Assembly (NCBI GenBank): GCA_017560165.1
Contig: JAFYOM010000014.1
Span: 74,071 to 138,070, forward strand
From: Parabacteroides sp.
Lineage (GTDB): Bacteria > Bacteroidota > Bacteroidia > Bacteroidales > Tannerellaceae
Length of the DNA stretch: 64,000 bases
Direction of reading: 5' to 3'
Of this stretch, positions 37,801 through 48,134 are shown in pieces. Below the pieces are notes generated by a model that saw only the letters and a program-made list of their open reading frames with translations, had not been told where the DNA came from and searched no databases. Position numbers and translations under genes: made by a program. Positions within the stretch are counted from its first letter, which is position 1, and each line of letters begins with the position of its first letter.

Positions 37801-39144
37801 ATCTGTAACAGTTGCTAACGTATCAAATGTTACGTTGTTCAACTTTAGTTGACCAACTTGTTTACGTATTTTCAATTCACGTGCGGATGTTACAACAGTA
37901 TCTGTTTTGGATGTATCAACCGGTTGAACATCTTGAGCTAATGATTTTGCTGCTTTATCAATGATTTGTTTTTCTACCGGTGTATCACCCACTGGAGTTA
38001 AATCATTTGCTATTGTTTCATAATTTGATATCTTACTCTTATCTGGATTAATTCTTGATATGAGTTGTGCATTGATACTTAACGTTTTCGCATTGTACAA
38101 TTGTGCCTTAGCAACCTTTTCCGATTCATCGTTGGTAGTTTGTACGCTTGTAGGTATTTGGTCTTTATATTTTGATAATGTGGATTTGAGTGAATCTGTA
38201 ACCGATTTATTTCTTTCCAACATTCCCGTGATTTCTGTATCCGAAATGTTTTCTCCACCGATTTGTTCACTTTCGTTAGGAACTTCATCAATCGTTTCCG
38301 TAAGTTCTCCGCTAACAGTTGTAATGCTTGTGTCAACTGATTCATCTGATTTTGTAAAGTCATCGACACTTTCACCAGCCTCCTCATTTGTTTTTGCTGT
38401 GGTAGCATTTGGTTTTCCTATTTCCTTTAACATATTACGCATTAACGTAATATCGCGTCTATCCCATGTGCGTAAATCAAATTTATAATCCACATCTGAT
38501 GCACGGAATATGAATGTCCAATCCATTCTTTTGATTGTTTCTGGAGGATTGAACATATATGCTGTTAATAATGAATTGATTAAATCTGTTTTATATGTAT
38601 CAACATTCAAATTCTGATATATCGGAAAACGGTTTACATCGATTATTAATATCTTATTTTTAGAAAAATTAAAATGAAACATGATTTGGTTAAATAATGA
38701 GAATATATCCATTTTAATTTTCTGCAATGGTAATTGACGCAGATAAGGTGTGATACCTTTCATTATTTCGGATATTGGGATGTAAAGATTATTTTCTATA
38801 TTCTTTGGATATGGGTATCGTAAAGGTATCAATTTCGGTATTAATTTCTGATCATCCAAATATGTAATCTTTTTATTAAATTCATTTTGTGTCATTATGA
38901 AACGAAATGGTCTGACACCTATCTTATCGATTACTTTATAAGGTATGAGTATTTGTTTGTAATCTGTTTTCGGGGGTGGAATCTTTTTTATCAATTCAAT
39001 ATCATATTCATATGAATCTGATAAAAGAAAGATTGAATTATTTGTTTTACTCATCGGAAGACGATATCTCATTCTGTTTGGTATAAAATTTCTACCGGAT
39101 GAAATATCAACAGCTTCTTGTATAATATTATTCATATATAACAT
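34816..39144 (-). CDS. multisubunit RNA polymerase beta-like subunit (probably virion RNAP)
   Basis: SSPNSGNVGISRQL (cf. TPEGPNIGL), PGTVSRDDAIRTAIATSQ (cf. PFLEHDDANRALM), TYEDAGIMT (cf. NFEDAILIS), VGDK, SSILKRM (cf. GVPSRMN). Confidence 0.85.
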   Translation of the reverse strand: MLYMNNIIQEAVDISSGRNFIPNRMRYRLPMSKTNNSIFLLSDSYEYDIELIKKIPPPKTDYKQILIPYKVIDKIGVRPFRFIMTQNEFNKKITYLDDQKLIPKLIPLRYPYPKNIENNLYIPISEIMKGITPYLRQLPLQKIKMDIFSLFNQIMFHFNFSKNKILIIDVNRFPIYQNLNVDTYKTDLINSLLTAYMFNPPETIKRMDWTFIFRASDVDYKFDLRTWDRRDITLMRNMLKEIGKPNATTAKTNEEAGESVDDFTKSDESVDTSITTVSGELTETIDEVPNESEQIGGENISDTEITGMLERNKSVTDSLKSTLSKYKDQIPTSVQTTNDESEKVAKAQLYNAKTLSINAQLISRINPDKSKISNYETIANDLTPVGDTPVEKQIIDKAAKSLAQDVQPVDTSKTDTVVTSARELKIRKQVGQLKLNNVTFDTLATVTDTPLPIPRKPRNIVTTCPSAQKSTPFTSIAKEYEDNLMDRDIVATFMNLSSLPDGFYVTNVEVTDISTATTLMNNWRVTLKNKSSDKSSVINIRVPKVVNGRFYNNGIWYNIGKQDFPIPILKISKKKVIITTNYNKITVERYDTKSLVDIGMFTKTINSLNSPDGKNKYVKPGNSMNSNSHYESTIEYDEYAKQWASFINKEKNCEIFFNRMICAKAYGFVTLQPNEFCCGMINKVPVVVNTETGLTRDGKTLTDTMLQTLSEDLISQYSKTKPGKLSMYTQIIIGQTMPLGVAIAAWEGITSLLKKSNVKALFVDKSFNDSKYFTIPFKDKILAIPMTTPNQLIFNGFYRIPTKSFAFAEFDTPIMQSNSIYVDIFNQQFFKQYSQLTTFITYYQFFVDAITKDVCLHYNIPNDIAGMLIYASNMLADNSFTGENQASLYRIRSSEIIPAIIHYRLAYNISRYNNSVGSKSRSASFNFNPNEVLNELLAVPNVTTMSALNPMVELHAREEVTKKGFSGVNDDRAYNVVKRSYDDTMIGKVAMSSPNSGNVGISRQLTANPKLTSVRGYTDTIGPDADYNDFQLASCSELETPGTVSRDDAIRTAIATSQTSHIVSTADAQPCLISNGFDEVVPAYLTDEFSVLADEDGKVLEETEDYLIVQYKSGKKRSINIGHRQSFNSGSGFYVDNKLLSNFHQGDSFKKDDILAYHERFFSKDSDGIVRENIGPLAKVAFTGIYSTYEDAGIMTAKMSKRLATKITMKQMFKLNATDDIERIVQVGDEVEIGDPLITFGLGDTGDKAVDNFLRAFQDKDGTNSAIDSAKRILRSKEAGTVVDVKIYTCKSLDRLSPSLFNIVDGHFKENIRRRRTLDKYERGNNVYKMGMLYDRPTEPLKGSTIKGITCDVLVEIYIEHGDECSVGDKCVAYAASKQIISEVIPEGLEPYSESRPDEEISMFVASSSILKRMIPSVVVIAAGNKILVETKKKIRDLWENS

Positions 39145-39181
39145 AACTCCTTTACAAAAATATATTAGTGAGGTGGTATCA

Positions 39182-39346
39182 ATGTCAAGAGATACTTATT
39201 ATTGGACATGTCCGTATTGTAAAGCCAACTTGGATCCTGATGAAAAATGCGATTGTCAAAACGAACGATTAAATGAGGAAGATAATGACATTGATAATAT
39301 CGGGAATTACAAATTGGTCCAGAAGGGTGGTGATGAAAATGTTTAA
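39182..39346 (+). CDS. small zinc-finger protein (54 aa, not in ORF track)
   Basis: GAGGTGG RBS; CPYCKANLDPDEKCDC motif. Confidence 0.7.
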   Translation: MSRDTYYWTCPYCKANLDPDEKCDCQNERLNEEDNDIDNIGNYKLVQKGGDENV

Positions 39347-39596
39347 AGGAACATATGATACTTTCGTATGCTTGGATGACATAACTGATACAATTGAGAG
39401 TATAAATTATGTTATTTATAATCCTTTAAAAGATCCAATATACGAAAGAGTCAATAGACTGTATGAAAGGATAAAAGAAAGATTTGATATTGAATTATCA
39501 TCGGATGAGCTTAATAAATTGACACAATATGAATCACATGAACTTCATTTGTTCGTGTCAGAATTAAAAGAAATAATACAGAACAAAAGAAAATAA
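39339..39596 (+). CDS. hypothetical protein
   Basis: Overlaps the previous stop; followed by a hairpin at about 39605-39628. Confidence 0.55.
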   Translation: MFKGTYDTFVCLDDITDTIESINYVIYNPLKDPIYERVNRLYERIKERFDIELSSDELNKLTQYESHELHLFVSELKEIIQNKRK

Positions 39597-39631
39597 AATA
39601 TAAAGGATGGGGGCTTTCGCCCCCATATCCT

Positions 39632-40297
39632 TTAAGAATTATCAACTTCTTCAAAATCGGCATATATCAAATATCCACTCATATTAACGAGTCTGGATAT
39701 TGTTGTTATTGAAACATTTGCTTCATCTTCGTTATTTTGGAATTTAGCAACACACTGTGCGATATTATTCACAATTGTTGGTTTTAATGTCTCTGTCATT
39801 TTTGTACGTATTGATGAAGGTGTTATTTCAAACATTTTTAGAACATCTCTAAAAATTCCAGAAAAGCTAACGGTTGGTCCAACGAATACCCATTTCTTTA
39901 CTAACTCATCATCCTTCGCTGTAAGAATTCTTATAACACATGCCATCTTTGGTTGATGTTTTCTGATACTGTGAATAATCTCACCCAATTTCTGAGGTGC
40001 CAATGTATTTGTTTTTGCATTCAACAATTTAACCAATTTATCATCAAGAGATGTTGGTTGAATTATCTCATCATTTACCGCACGACATAATGCTTGCATT
40101 AATATGTCGCAATTCGCTTTTCGTTCGGTATTGATTGTTGGATGTGTCACCACCACCTGTTTTAAATTTTCGATAGCTTCCTGTGACATCATCGCCTTTG
40201 CTTCTTCTAATGTGATACTCATCACGATCACACTCCTTTCATATAAATTATGTATATACATAAGATTCTTAAAATTCCTATTATTTTGATTTTTCAT
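39632..40297 (-). CDS. hypothetical protein
   Basis: Likely start near 40223 after GAAAGGAG RBS. Confidence 0.65.
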   Translation of the reverse strand: MKNQNNRNFKNLMYIHNLYERSVIVMSITLEEAKAMMSQEAIENLKQVVVTHPTINTERKANCDILMQALCRAVNDEIIQPTSLDDKLVKLLNAKTNTLAPQKLGEIIHSIRKHQPKMACVIRILTAKDDELVKKWVFVGPTVSFSGIFRDVLKMFEITPSSIRTKMTETLKPTIVNNIAQCVAKFQNNEDEANVSITTISRLVNMSGYLIYADFEEVDNS

Positions 40298-40398
40298 ATA
40301 TATATTATTGATATGAATAGAGAATGAGTTATATATTAAATCTCTATAAAAATAATTAAAAATAATTGGGATGAAACATCCCGGAAAGAGGTAATCTT

Positions 40399-41067
40399 AT
40401 GAGTATACCAGCAATGTTAACATCCATCGGCAAATTCCTCACATCACCTGTTATAACAGGTGCAGCAAACGTTGCATCAATCGCAACATTACCGGTATCG
40501 ATCGCAACTAAGGTCGATACCGATAAGATGAGAAAATCAATCTCATCTATGAGAGCAGATATAAATCTGATATCTTCAGATGTTCTCGATCTGGCACAGC
40601 AGTTCGTAGACATGCGAACTGAAAATCGCTACAATGTAGCGTATTCGGGTCAGATCCCTGTAATAGTAAATAAGGGATCGAATCCACAGTTCGCAACTGC
40701 GTTTGGACCGTTAGCAGCATCAATGGCTGCTCAGAAGCAGAATATGTATGCTGCTCTGATTAACGGTAAACCAATACAGCAGGAAACACCTTCAACATCG
40801 CAGCAGAACCCACCACAGCAGGAAACACCTGTGCAGGTAACTCCACAGGTTCAGCCGCCGGTTGCACCTCCAGCACAGGGAGCATCTGTTCAGAATGTCA
40901 TGGTTGGACAGCCTGACATGACTAAGATGCTGAAGAGCATGCTTCCTGAAATAATAAAGGGTGTTGTTACTGAATTGAATCAGCAGGCAACACCAGCTCA
41001 GCCAGAAACACCTGTACAGCCAGAGACACCGGCACCGCCGCAGGATTCAGATAAGAAGAACGGTTGA
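40399..41067 (+). CDS. Pro/Gln-rich hypothetical protein
   Basis: 222 aa with QQETP/QPETP repeats; TATATTAT at 40301. Confidence 0.7.
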   Translation: MSIPAMLTSIGKFLTSPVITGAANVASIATLPVSIATKVDTDKMRKSISSMRADINLISSDVLDLAQQFVDMRTENRYNVAYSGQIPVIVNKGSNPQFATAFGPLAASMAAQKQNMYAALINGKPIQQETPSTSQQNPPQQETPVQVTPQVQPPVAPPAQGASVQNVMVGQPDMTKMLKSMLPEIIKGVVTELNQQATPAQPETPVQPETPAPPQDSDKKNG

Positions 41068-41204
41068 AACAACGGAGTTGCGGATATTGAGAATTCGACA
41101 AAATCGAACTCAAAGTATCCGGCATCTCCAAAAAACAAAGGTAAAAGAAACAAAAGGAAGAAATAAAATACGGGGGATACACCCCCGTATTTTTTTTTTT
41201 GATT

Positions 41205-41987
41205 TTATCGGATTTTAATCTTAGGACAAGCTTTTGTCAGCAGGTCGAGATTATGTATTGCATAATCAATATATGCTTTATCGTAAGCTTCTTGGATTGA
41301 TATAGGTTCACCAGATATTGCTCCTTCAGAAACAATTCTTCCGACACGGTTGAGAATTGCAGATTCTGTTGTGATATCATTCTCTTCATCAACGGAACCA
41401 GGTTCCACACTCGGATCAGGTTTATCAACAACTTTGATTTTTTTATTTATATCTTCGAATACTGGAGCTTCTGAAGATTTTGATATAACCTTAACGACAT
41501 CGTCAACAACTTGTTGCGAAACTTCTTTCTTGAGTTTATCTGCGAATTCTTCATAATTTTCAACACCATTAAGAAGTTCTTTAACATCGGATGTTGAAGC
41601 TTCTTGAATAGGATTTTTTGTTCTACAGGACATTTCAGATACAGCATTACACTTCTCATTTATCTCCTGAATAATATTTCCGAATATATTCATTTCCGGA
41701 GAAGCAAGTCTGTCTCGAGCATGACATAAATAACCATAACAAGAACCATCGTAATTATCACGTATATGTTTCATTATAGCGTTATCTACCATCTCATCAA
41801 CATCGTCAATGTTCTCATCGAGCATTGCACAAATAATGTCTTTAAGAACATAGAGTGAAAGTTTTTCGCGGAAGGAACCAATATCAGTTGTAACAGCAAC
41901 ATTTTCGACATCAGATGTTTGATTAGCATGTGATGCATCTACATCCTTTGTTATATCGTCCAAAAGATTCTTAATATCATTACCCAT
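41205..41987 (-). CDS. putative virion/head protein
   Basis: 260 aa, acidic, recurrent IQEA/TTES motifs. Confidence 0.55.
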   Translation of the reverse strand: MGNDIKNLLDDITKDVDASHANQTSDVENVAVTTDIGSFREKLSLYVLKDIICAMLDENIDDVDEMVDNAIMKHIRDNYDGSCYGYLCHARDRLASPEMNIFGNIIQEINEKCNAVSEMSCRTKNPIQEASTSDVKELLNGVENYEEFADKLKKEVSQQVVDDVVKVISKSSEAPVFEDINKKIKVVDKPDPSVEPGSVDEENDITTESAILNRVGRIVSEGAISGEPISIQEAYDKAYIDYAIHNLDLLTKACPKIKIR

Positions 41988-42008
41988 AATTTACTTACAC
42001 CTCTTTCA

Positions 42009-44063
42009 TTAATCATTAAAAGAATCAAGGAAATTTGTCATTCTTGTTCCATATGATTCTTGAACACTTTTCTTTGTTTCTTTTACAACAGGCTTTGGAA
42101 GTTCTTTTTTCTTCTTTTCAATTATCTTACCGACAAGAGTAGCCTGTGATGTGAATGCTTTCATAAGACGCTTAATCACATTTGTATCACCTGTAGCTTT
42201 AATAGTAACCATAAGATCTGTAAGGCATTTGTTAAGTTTCTTTATATTTTCAATTTCATTTGCGTTATAAACCTTTGGTGATTTAGATGCTTTTGTTAGC
42301 ACGCGATTAAGTTTCTTACCATACTTCTTGAATTCAGATACAAGAGTATGAATCTCAAGTTTATTATCATTCAATACTCCGAGAGTTTTCTTAAGAAGAA
42401 TGTCAACTTCATCGTTTATATTTGCATTTGTCAAAACAAATGCTTCTGTAACGGCTTTAGCATCATTGTTTGCGAGGAATTCTTTAAGCTGTTGAATAGA
42501 CATACCTTTGAGAGCTTCTGTACCGTGTTTCAACAAATCGTCAATTGACATATTATCAATATCAACTTCTGTTGAATCAAGAGTACCGTCGCCGATTGCA
42601 TCACCCTCAGAACCTTCATTGTTGAGCTCGTCGAGTGTAGCATCAACATCGATATTTGACATATCATCATTTGAACCTTCATCTGATGAAGTATCATCCG
42701 TTGTTGTATCTGTCGTAGATGTATCATCTAATGTTGGCATATCATTATCAGGAAGATCTGTTGTAGCATCCTGTCCTTCGGAAGGTTCTGTATTGTTCGT
42801 AGTAGCATCTTCAGCACCCTGAACAATTGCATCAGAAACATCATTCTTACCAACTTCAACAGTCTTCATATCATCCTGCTGAGCATTGTTGGTATCATTA
42901 GTACCATCTCCAGCATTATTATTTGCATTTGCATTATTGTCGGTTGTGTTGTTATTTGCATCCATGTTCTGATTAGAATTGTTATTATCATTATTATTCG
43001 AAGAATCATCCCCACCGATGTTGATAGCTTCTTGAACATATCTATGATAATGAGGTTCATCCTTCATAGATTCCTTAATTGCCATATTCTTTGAAATACA
43101 GAATTTTGAGAATTCTTTAATAGCTTCCGGATCAAGTCTTTCAACATCAGCATGTTCAAGAACAGTATCATTTGTTGCATATTCACATACTGGATTTGTG
43201 AATCTATAAAATTCCATATTTGAAAGATTGGCATTATTCTTAAATCCAACAATTACAGAATGCTTGTCGATTGGATCAACAGGTGTTGCAAACAATGTTG
43301 GTACGAGAGTATCCCAAATGTTTGCAGATTCGGAAATATGATAACGATCATATATATCTTCTTTTACTTTATTCATGAGATTCTTACACAAACCACATGA
43401 TTCTGCAAGATATATTGATTCAAGCTGATGACGTGTAAGATTACCCTTTCTGTCAACTTGATTGTGAACTTCCATTCTTAAATGATATGGCTTACCATTA
43501 TCATCGCCAAAATCGATAGATACAAATGACGGAACACTATCAGCTGTTGAATTTACTCGTTTATATCCAAATGAACCTTCCTGAAGAACCTTCTGACGAT
43601 ACTTCATCCATTCCCTATCAGCATATTTAGCTTTTCGAGATTCATATGAATCAACATCTTCATTTTCAAATTCCAGAAGATTGTCTGATTCCATTACAAA
43701 ATCATCTTTAGATTTCATTGTAGCATATTCTGTTTTAATTGCAGCATCTGACAGAACACTGATTTGACCTGTTGACAGATTATATCCCAATTCTTCAATT
43801 TCGATATCATCAGGACCGTCGACATCGATATTACCATCATCATCAAGCAGAATATCTATTGATTTAGAATTATCTTCTTCACCTTCAAGAGATAAATCAT
43901 CAAGTTCTTGGAAAAGATGTGCATATTCTGCAATAACGGCAGAATCATCGGACACATTTGGTTTAACAATGTTTTCTGTTTCTGCAGCAATACGTTTTTT
44001 AATATTATCAAACATTTCAAAAACTCCTTTACAAATTATTTTATAAGGTATACATATTATCAA
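42009..44063 (-). CDS. acidic putative internal head protein
   Basis: Likely start 44015 (MFDNIKK, AAAGGAG RBS); long D/N/T-rich linker; VLQEG, YVQEA, AVTEA and SVQES motifs. Confidence 0.6.
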   Translation of the reverse strand: MIICIPYKIICKGVFEMFDNIKKRIAAETENIVKPNVSDDSAVIAEYAHLFQELDDLSLEGEEDNSKSIDILLDDDGNIDVDGPDDIEIEELGYNLSTGQISVLSDAAIKTEYATMKSKDDFVMESDNLLEFENEDVDSYESRKAKYADREWMKYRQKVLQEGSFGYKRVNSTADSVPSFVSIDFGDDNGKPYHLRMEVHNQVDRKGNLTRHQLESIYLAESCGLCKNLMNKVKEDIYDRYHISESANIWDTLVPTLFATPVDPIDKHSVIVGFKNNANLSNMEFYRFTNPVCEYATNDTVLEHADVERLDPEAIKEFSKFCISKNMAIKESMKDEPHYHRYVQEAINIGGDDSSNNNDNNNSNQNMDANNNTTDNNANANNNAGDGTNDTNNAQQDDMKTVEVGKNDVSDAIVQGAEDATTNNTEPSEGQDATTDLPDNDMPTLDDTSTTDTTTDDTSSDEGSNDDMSNIDVDATLDELNNEGSEGDAIGDGTLDSTEVDIDNMSIDDLLKHGTEALKGMSIQQLKEFLANNDAKAVTEAFVLTNANINDEVDILLKKTLGVLNDNKLEIHTLVSEFKKYGKKLNRVLTKASKSPKVYNANEIENIKKLNKCLTDLMVTIKATGDTNVIKRLMKAFTSQATLVGKIIEKKKKELPKPVVKETKKSVQESYGTRMTNFLDSFND

Positions 44064-44087
44064 TATGATACCTGAGATTGTATATTC

Positions 44088-44234
44088 TTATAAGATAACA
44101 CCAAAGGTTTCTAAGAATATTTCAGAAACCATCTCAGGTGTCATCTCAAGGATACCTATATCTTCAAGCTCCATATCAGGACGAAGTTCAACGCCATTGA
44201 TCTGGGGTTTGTTTTCAAGATCATTGTTTTCCAT
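44088..44234 (-). CDS. small protein with fibre-type NKPQINGVEL motif (48 aa, not in ORF track)
   Basis: GGGGGTG RBS; MENNDLENKPQINGVELRPDMELEDIGILEM...*. Confidence 0.6.
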   Translation of the reverse strand: MENNDLENKPQINGVELRPDMELEDIGILEMTPEMVSEIFLETFGVIL

Positions 44235-44267
44235 GAGTTCACCCCCATATGAAAGGACTGATGTTAT

Positions 44268-46208
44268 TTGGATATTTTTGAAAGATACAAAGAAGAGATA
44301 GTCTCTTCATATCTTCAACTGCACCCGAATGTAAATCCCGACCGTGTAAGAGAACTTACAGATGAATTGATTGAAAATCAAAAACGGGATATACCTTGTG
44401 TGATGCATAATAACATGACACGAGAAGTATTGGAAACAACTGTTTCTAATGTGTTCAATTGGATTGAAGAAAGACAACCTATCATTGCAGGTAATGCAAC
44501 ATTCTTCAAACAACATGAAGAATATCTTCCTCCAATAATCACCATGTTGGAAACATTACAAGCTGAAAGAAAACAAGTCAAAAAAGAAATGTGGAAGTAT
44601 GATAAACATTCCATGGAGTATATCAATAGAAATACTACACAGATGTCTATTAAAGTTATCATGAACGCGGATTACGGTGGGTCTGGAACACCTTTATCTC
44701 CATTTTATTCAGTATACATTCCTCCTGCAACAACAGGAACAGCTAAGAATATTACCACAACATTAATTTGTTGTCTGGAGTTTAGTACAGGAAATAACCA
44801 CCCATATGCAAAGTGTTCATCGATAAATGAATTATTTGATATGATTCATATCGTGCTTAGAGATGAAGAAGATCGAGACATAATCAAAGATAGATTTGAT
44901 CCAGATACTGTTGCTGATAGATTATTGTCGAAGTTGAATAATCCAACACTCGATGATTTTAATCTTGTGCATAACTTCTGCCATACATTATGTAGTGAAG
45001 ATTTAACACGACTTATGTTAGCATTCAATATTCATTATGTTTGTGAGAATTATTGTAGACCACAGTTCATGAGAATATCAAATTATTTGAAACAACATCA
45101 GGTACCTTTTGAAGAATTGATGAAGATGGATCAAGATAAAGCGAAAGAAGAATTGAAGATTGATGGATTTGGTACAGAAGTTCCTGAAGCAATTGAAGGT
45201 GATATGAAATATGTAATTCATGTAATATTGGACAATTGCATTTATCCATTCATATTAAATGATGTTGAAACACGTGCTGAAGAAATGGAACGAAAGATAG
45301 TATGTGTTACTGATACAGATTCATTGATGGTTCATTTCCCACATTATATTGATGCATTCCAAGCACGGGTTCCGAATTTCAAAATGTCGTGTTTGATCGC
45401 TTCTGCGATTGGTATGAGATTGTTCATTGAGAATATAATACCGAAGTTTGTATATTATGTTACACTTGGATACAATATCAAAGATGAATATTATCGAAAG
45501 AAATTTGTATTCAAGAATGAATTCACATTCCTTGCAATGTCATTGTTCAAAAAGAAAATGTATGCAGCATCAATGTTTGTTCAAGAGGGAACACCTCGTG
45601 ACATTCATGATATTGCGGTTACGGGATTATCATTTAAGAAACGAGATTCTGCGGAGTTCCTTGAACCGATAATGCTTGAGTTGTATGATAAGTATATTTT
45701 GACATCTGATGAAATAAATGTATCAGGATTGTTAGATGCATATTATGAACTGAGAGAGAAACTGTTTGTGGAAGCTCGTTCAAATACAGCATACTATAAA
45801 GCATTATCTATAAAAACACCAGAAGCATATGCGAAATCAAAATCATTACCAGCACAAATGAAAGGTGCTATAATATGGAATAATTTATTCCCAGAAGAAG
45901 AAATACTTCCAATGGATCGTGTATTGTTAGTTCCATTGAATACCGAAGCAATGTTACAATCTACCAACGGAAAAATACAACAGATACTCGAATATTCAAG
46001 AATAGATGATGAAAAGTTAAAGAAGAATATTCATATATGTTTGCCTGAATCTTATAAGGAAACACCTGAATGGTTACAACCATATGTTGATATGGAGGTA
46101 TTGGTAGATAAACTATTATCACCATTTAAACAGATTCTTGGATTGTTTGATGTAACAATGGCAGATACACGTGGAGGTTTTCTTGCATCGCGAATGCTTT
46201 ATATTTAA
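44268..46208 (+). CDS. family B DNA polymerase, catalytic subunit (phiKZ/AR9-like, no exonuclease domain seen)
   Basis: KVIMNADYG (motif B, KxxxNxxYG), CVTDTDSL (motif C), KKKMY, GLSFKKRD. Confidence 0.85.
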   Translation: MDIFERYKEEIVSSYLQLHPNVNPDRVRELTDELIENQKRDIPCVMHNNMTREVLETTVSNVFNWIEERQPIIAGNATFFKQHEEYLPPIITMLETLQAERKQVKKEMWKYDKHSMEYINRNTTQMSIKVIMNADYGGSGTPLSPFYSVYIPPATTGTAKNITTTLICCLEFSTGNNHPYAKCSSINELFDMIHIVLRDEEDRDIIKDRFDPDTVADRLLSKLNNPTLDDFNLVHNFCHTLCSEDLTRLMLAFNIHYVCENYCRPQFMRISNYLKQHQVPFEELMKMDQDKAKEELKIDGFGTEVPEAIEGDMKYVIHVILDNCIYPFILNDVETRAEEMERKIVCVTDTDSLMVHFPHYIDAFQARVPNFKMSCLIASAIGMRLFIENIIPKFVYYVTLGYNIKDEYYRKKFVFKNEFTFLAMSLFKKKMYAASMFVQEGTPRDIHDIAVTGLSFKKRDSAEFLEPIMLELYDKYILTSDEINVSGLLDAYYELREKLFVEARSNTAYYKALSIKTPEAYAKSKSLPAQMKGAIIWNNLFPEEEILPMDRVLLVPLNTEAMLQSTNGKIQQILEYSRIDDEKLKKNIHICLPESYKETPEWLQPYVDMEVLVDKLLSPFKQILGLFDVTMADTRGGFLASRMLYI

Positions 46209-46251
46209 TTCAATAAATATATAATTAAATTGATAGAAAGGAGGTGTATAC

Positions 46252-46854
46252 ATGGATTGGGGTATAATCTATGAATGGTTGGATCAGAAAGCAGGTGTTT
46301 CATATGATCCAAATGAAGATTTGAATTCTATCATAAACGATGTCGCTTTTACAGATCCATTCTTCTGGTGTATGAAAATTTCATTTATACTTGATGATAT
46401 GGATGCTGCAATCGAAACCGTTGATGAATACCATAATGAGTTAACCGAGGAATTACCTCCGAGAGAAAAACTCAAAAAGGGTATTGAAGAGAATGTCATT
46501 TCCCATTTATCATCAAACATCAATTCTGTTAAACAGAAACTTGGTTTAAGTATTAATCCAATTACGGATGTTGAAAGTGTTCTTGAGAACGCAACAACAC
46601 TGCGTGATTTGATAATGACACTTTCAAGTTTCACAATCGAAGAGCTTCAGAAGAGAGGTTGGTTTGATGAGTATGAAGATCAAACCGACAACGCATTATC
46701 TGAAACCCTGGAAATTCATAAGAACGATCTTATTGATATATCACAGACAATCGAAACTATCCGAGAAAATACATTTATCGAAGATGAAGATGAATTTGAC
46801 GAGGATAATGAAGATGATGAAGATGTTGATATGGAGATGGAAGATTATGAATAA
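46252..46854 (+). CDS. highly acidic hypothetical protein
   Basis: 200 aa, D/E-rich tail, AAGGAGGTG RBS. Confidence 0.7.
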   Translation: MDWGIIYEWLDQKAGVSYDPNEDLNSIINDVAFTDPFFWCMKISFILDDMDAAIETVDEYHNELTEELPPREKLKKGIEENVISHLSSNINSVKQKLGLSINPITDVESVLENATTLRDLIMTLSSFTIEELQKRGWFDEYEDQTDNALSETLEIHKNDLIDISQTIETIRENTFIEDEDEFDEDNEDDEDVDMEMEDYE

Positions 46855-46908
46855 AAACATATCGAAGGAAAACTATATTATACTACACATTATTGAGGAG
46901 GAATTATA

Positions 46909-47502
46909 ATGATTTCACAGAATTCATCATTCGGCAACAACATGAACAACGGTAATGGCCAGCAGCCACAGGAGAAGAGATCCGTTAAGCTTGGTAGAAT
47001 TTACGGAAGATCTGTAAATGATTCTACAAAAGCTGCATTTCTCGAAGTAGGTTGTTACAAGAGTCAGTATTCAATGTTTGCTACATTAGCAATCAAGGTT
47101 GAGATGGGTAAGGATTCCAAAGGTAGAGCTCAGTTTGAAACTGGTCTTGACAAGGATAATCCGTCCGTACTTCTCAATCCTGAAAATGTTGCATCTGTTA
47201 TCGCATTATGTGATATGCTTATCAGCAATCCAGAAAAGGTATCACAGCTCAATTACATACTCGATTCAGGAAGATCAAAGCTTGAGATGAGAGGAACAGA
47301 ATCAACCGTAACAATTACAGTGACAAACGATGTTGGATCAAAGAGCATTGTATTTAATGCAACTTCATGCGGTTTCGCAAACATACACGCAATCATCCCA
47401 GTTCTCAAGAAGTTCCTCGATATTATTCAGAAGAAACAGTTGAGTGCTAAACTTGACCCGGAAGAGTTTAACGGCAATGATGATGGAGATGCTCCTTTCT
47501 AA
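46909..47502 (+). CDS. putative single-stranded DNA-binding protein
   Basis: Acidic C-terminal tip ending DDGDAPF (SSB-like); located in the replication cluster. Confidence 0.5.
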   Translation: MISQNSSFGNNMNNGNGQQPQEKRSVKLGRIYGRSVNDSTKAAFLEVGCYKSQYSMFATLAIKVEMGKDSKGRAQFETGLDKDNPSVLLNPENVASVIALCDMLISNPEKVSQLNYILDSGRSKLEMRGTESTVTITVTNDVGSKSIVFNATSCGFANIHAIIPVLKKFLDIIQKKQLSAKLDPEEFNGNDDGDAPF

Positions 47503-48134
47503 TGATTGATTTATCATTTGTTGGAAAGGAAGGTGTCATCATACAATATGAAGACATCATATCGATGATCGGATTCAATGTTATAAGATATCTTCGTTCA
47601 AAAAATGCAAATGATATAGCTGTTAGGATGTCCCTTGAGGACATCCTTTTTAGCTATATTAATCGTCAAAATGAAGATCCGGGAATATGGTTGAAAGATA
47701 CTTTCGGGATAGATTTCAAAGTGGAAGATTATTTGGATTCTATAAATGCATTTCAACCAAACTGGTTGTATTCATACAAGCTTTTTGACACAGCATACAA
47801 AAATGGAATTAAGAAATTGATGATTTATTCGGAACATGATATCCCCATAATCCGAAAAGTCAAATCATCATACAATATTCCAATCGAGTATGTTCATGGT
47901 GATATTAAACCAATAATAGAACAAAATGTAAATTGTACATTAATAACAGCATCCGAGAAAACTATAAAAAGATGCTTGGAAACGGATGTACCTATCACAA
48001 TAACAATTGTTGAAGATTTCTTATCATTAGCACCAATTGTTGTTGATGGTATTGGTGATAAATTGAAAGAGACAAACAAATACGTATGTTATACAAGTAT
48101 TATTTCAGGAGGTTTTATTAACCTTGATAAATGA
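47502..48134 (+). CDS. hypothetical protein
   Basis: 210 aa, coupled to neighbours. Confidence 0.7.
   Translation: MIDLSFVGKEGVIIQYEDIISMIGFNVIRYLRSKNANDIAVRMSLEDILFSYINRQNEDPGIWLKDTFGIDFKVEDYLDSINAFQPNWLYSYKLFDTAYKNGIKKLMIYSEHDIPIIRKVKSSYNIPIEYVHGDIKPIIEQNVNCTLITASEKTIKRCLETDVPITITIVEDFLSLAPIVVDGIGDKLKETNKYVCYTSIISGGFINLDK

Noticed and set aside
44065-44301. 78-aa plus-strand ORF
   Set aside because: Shadow of the RBS-supported minus-strand ORF 44088-44234.
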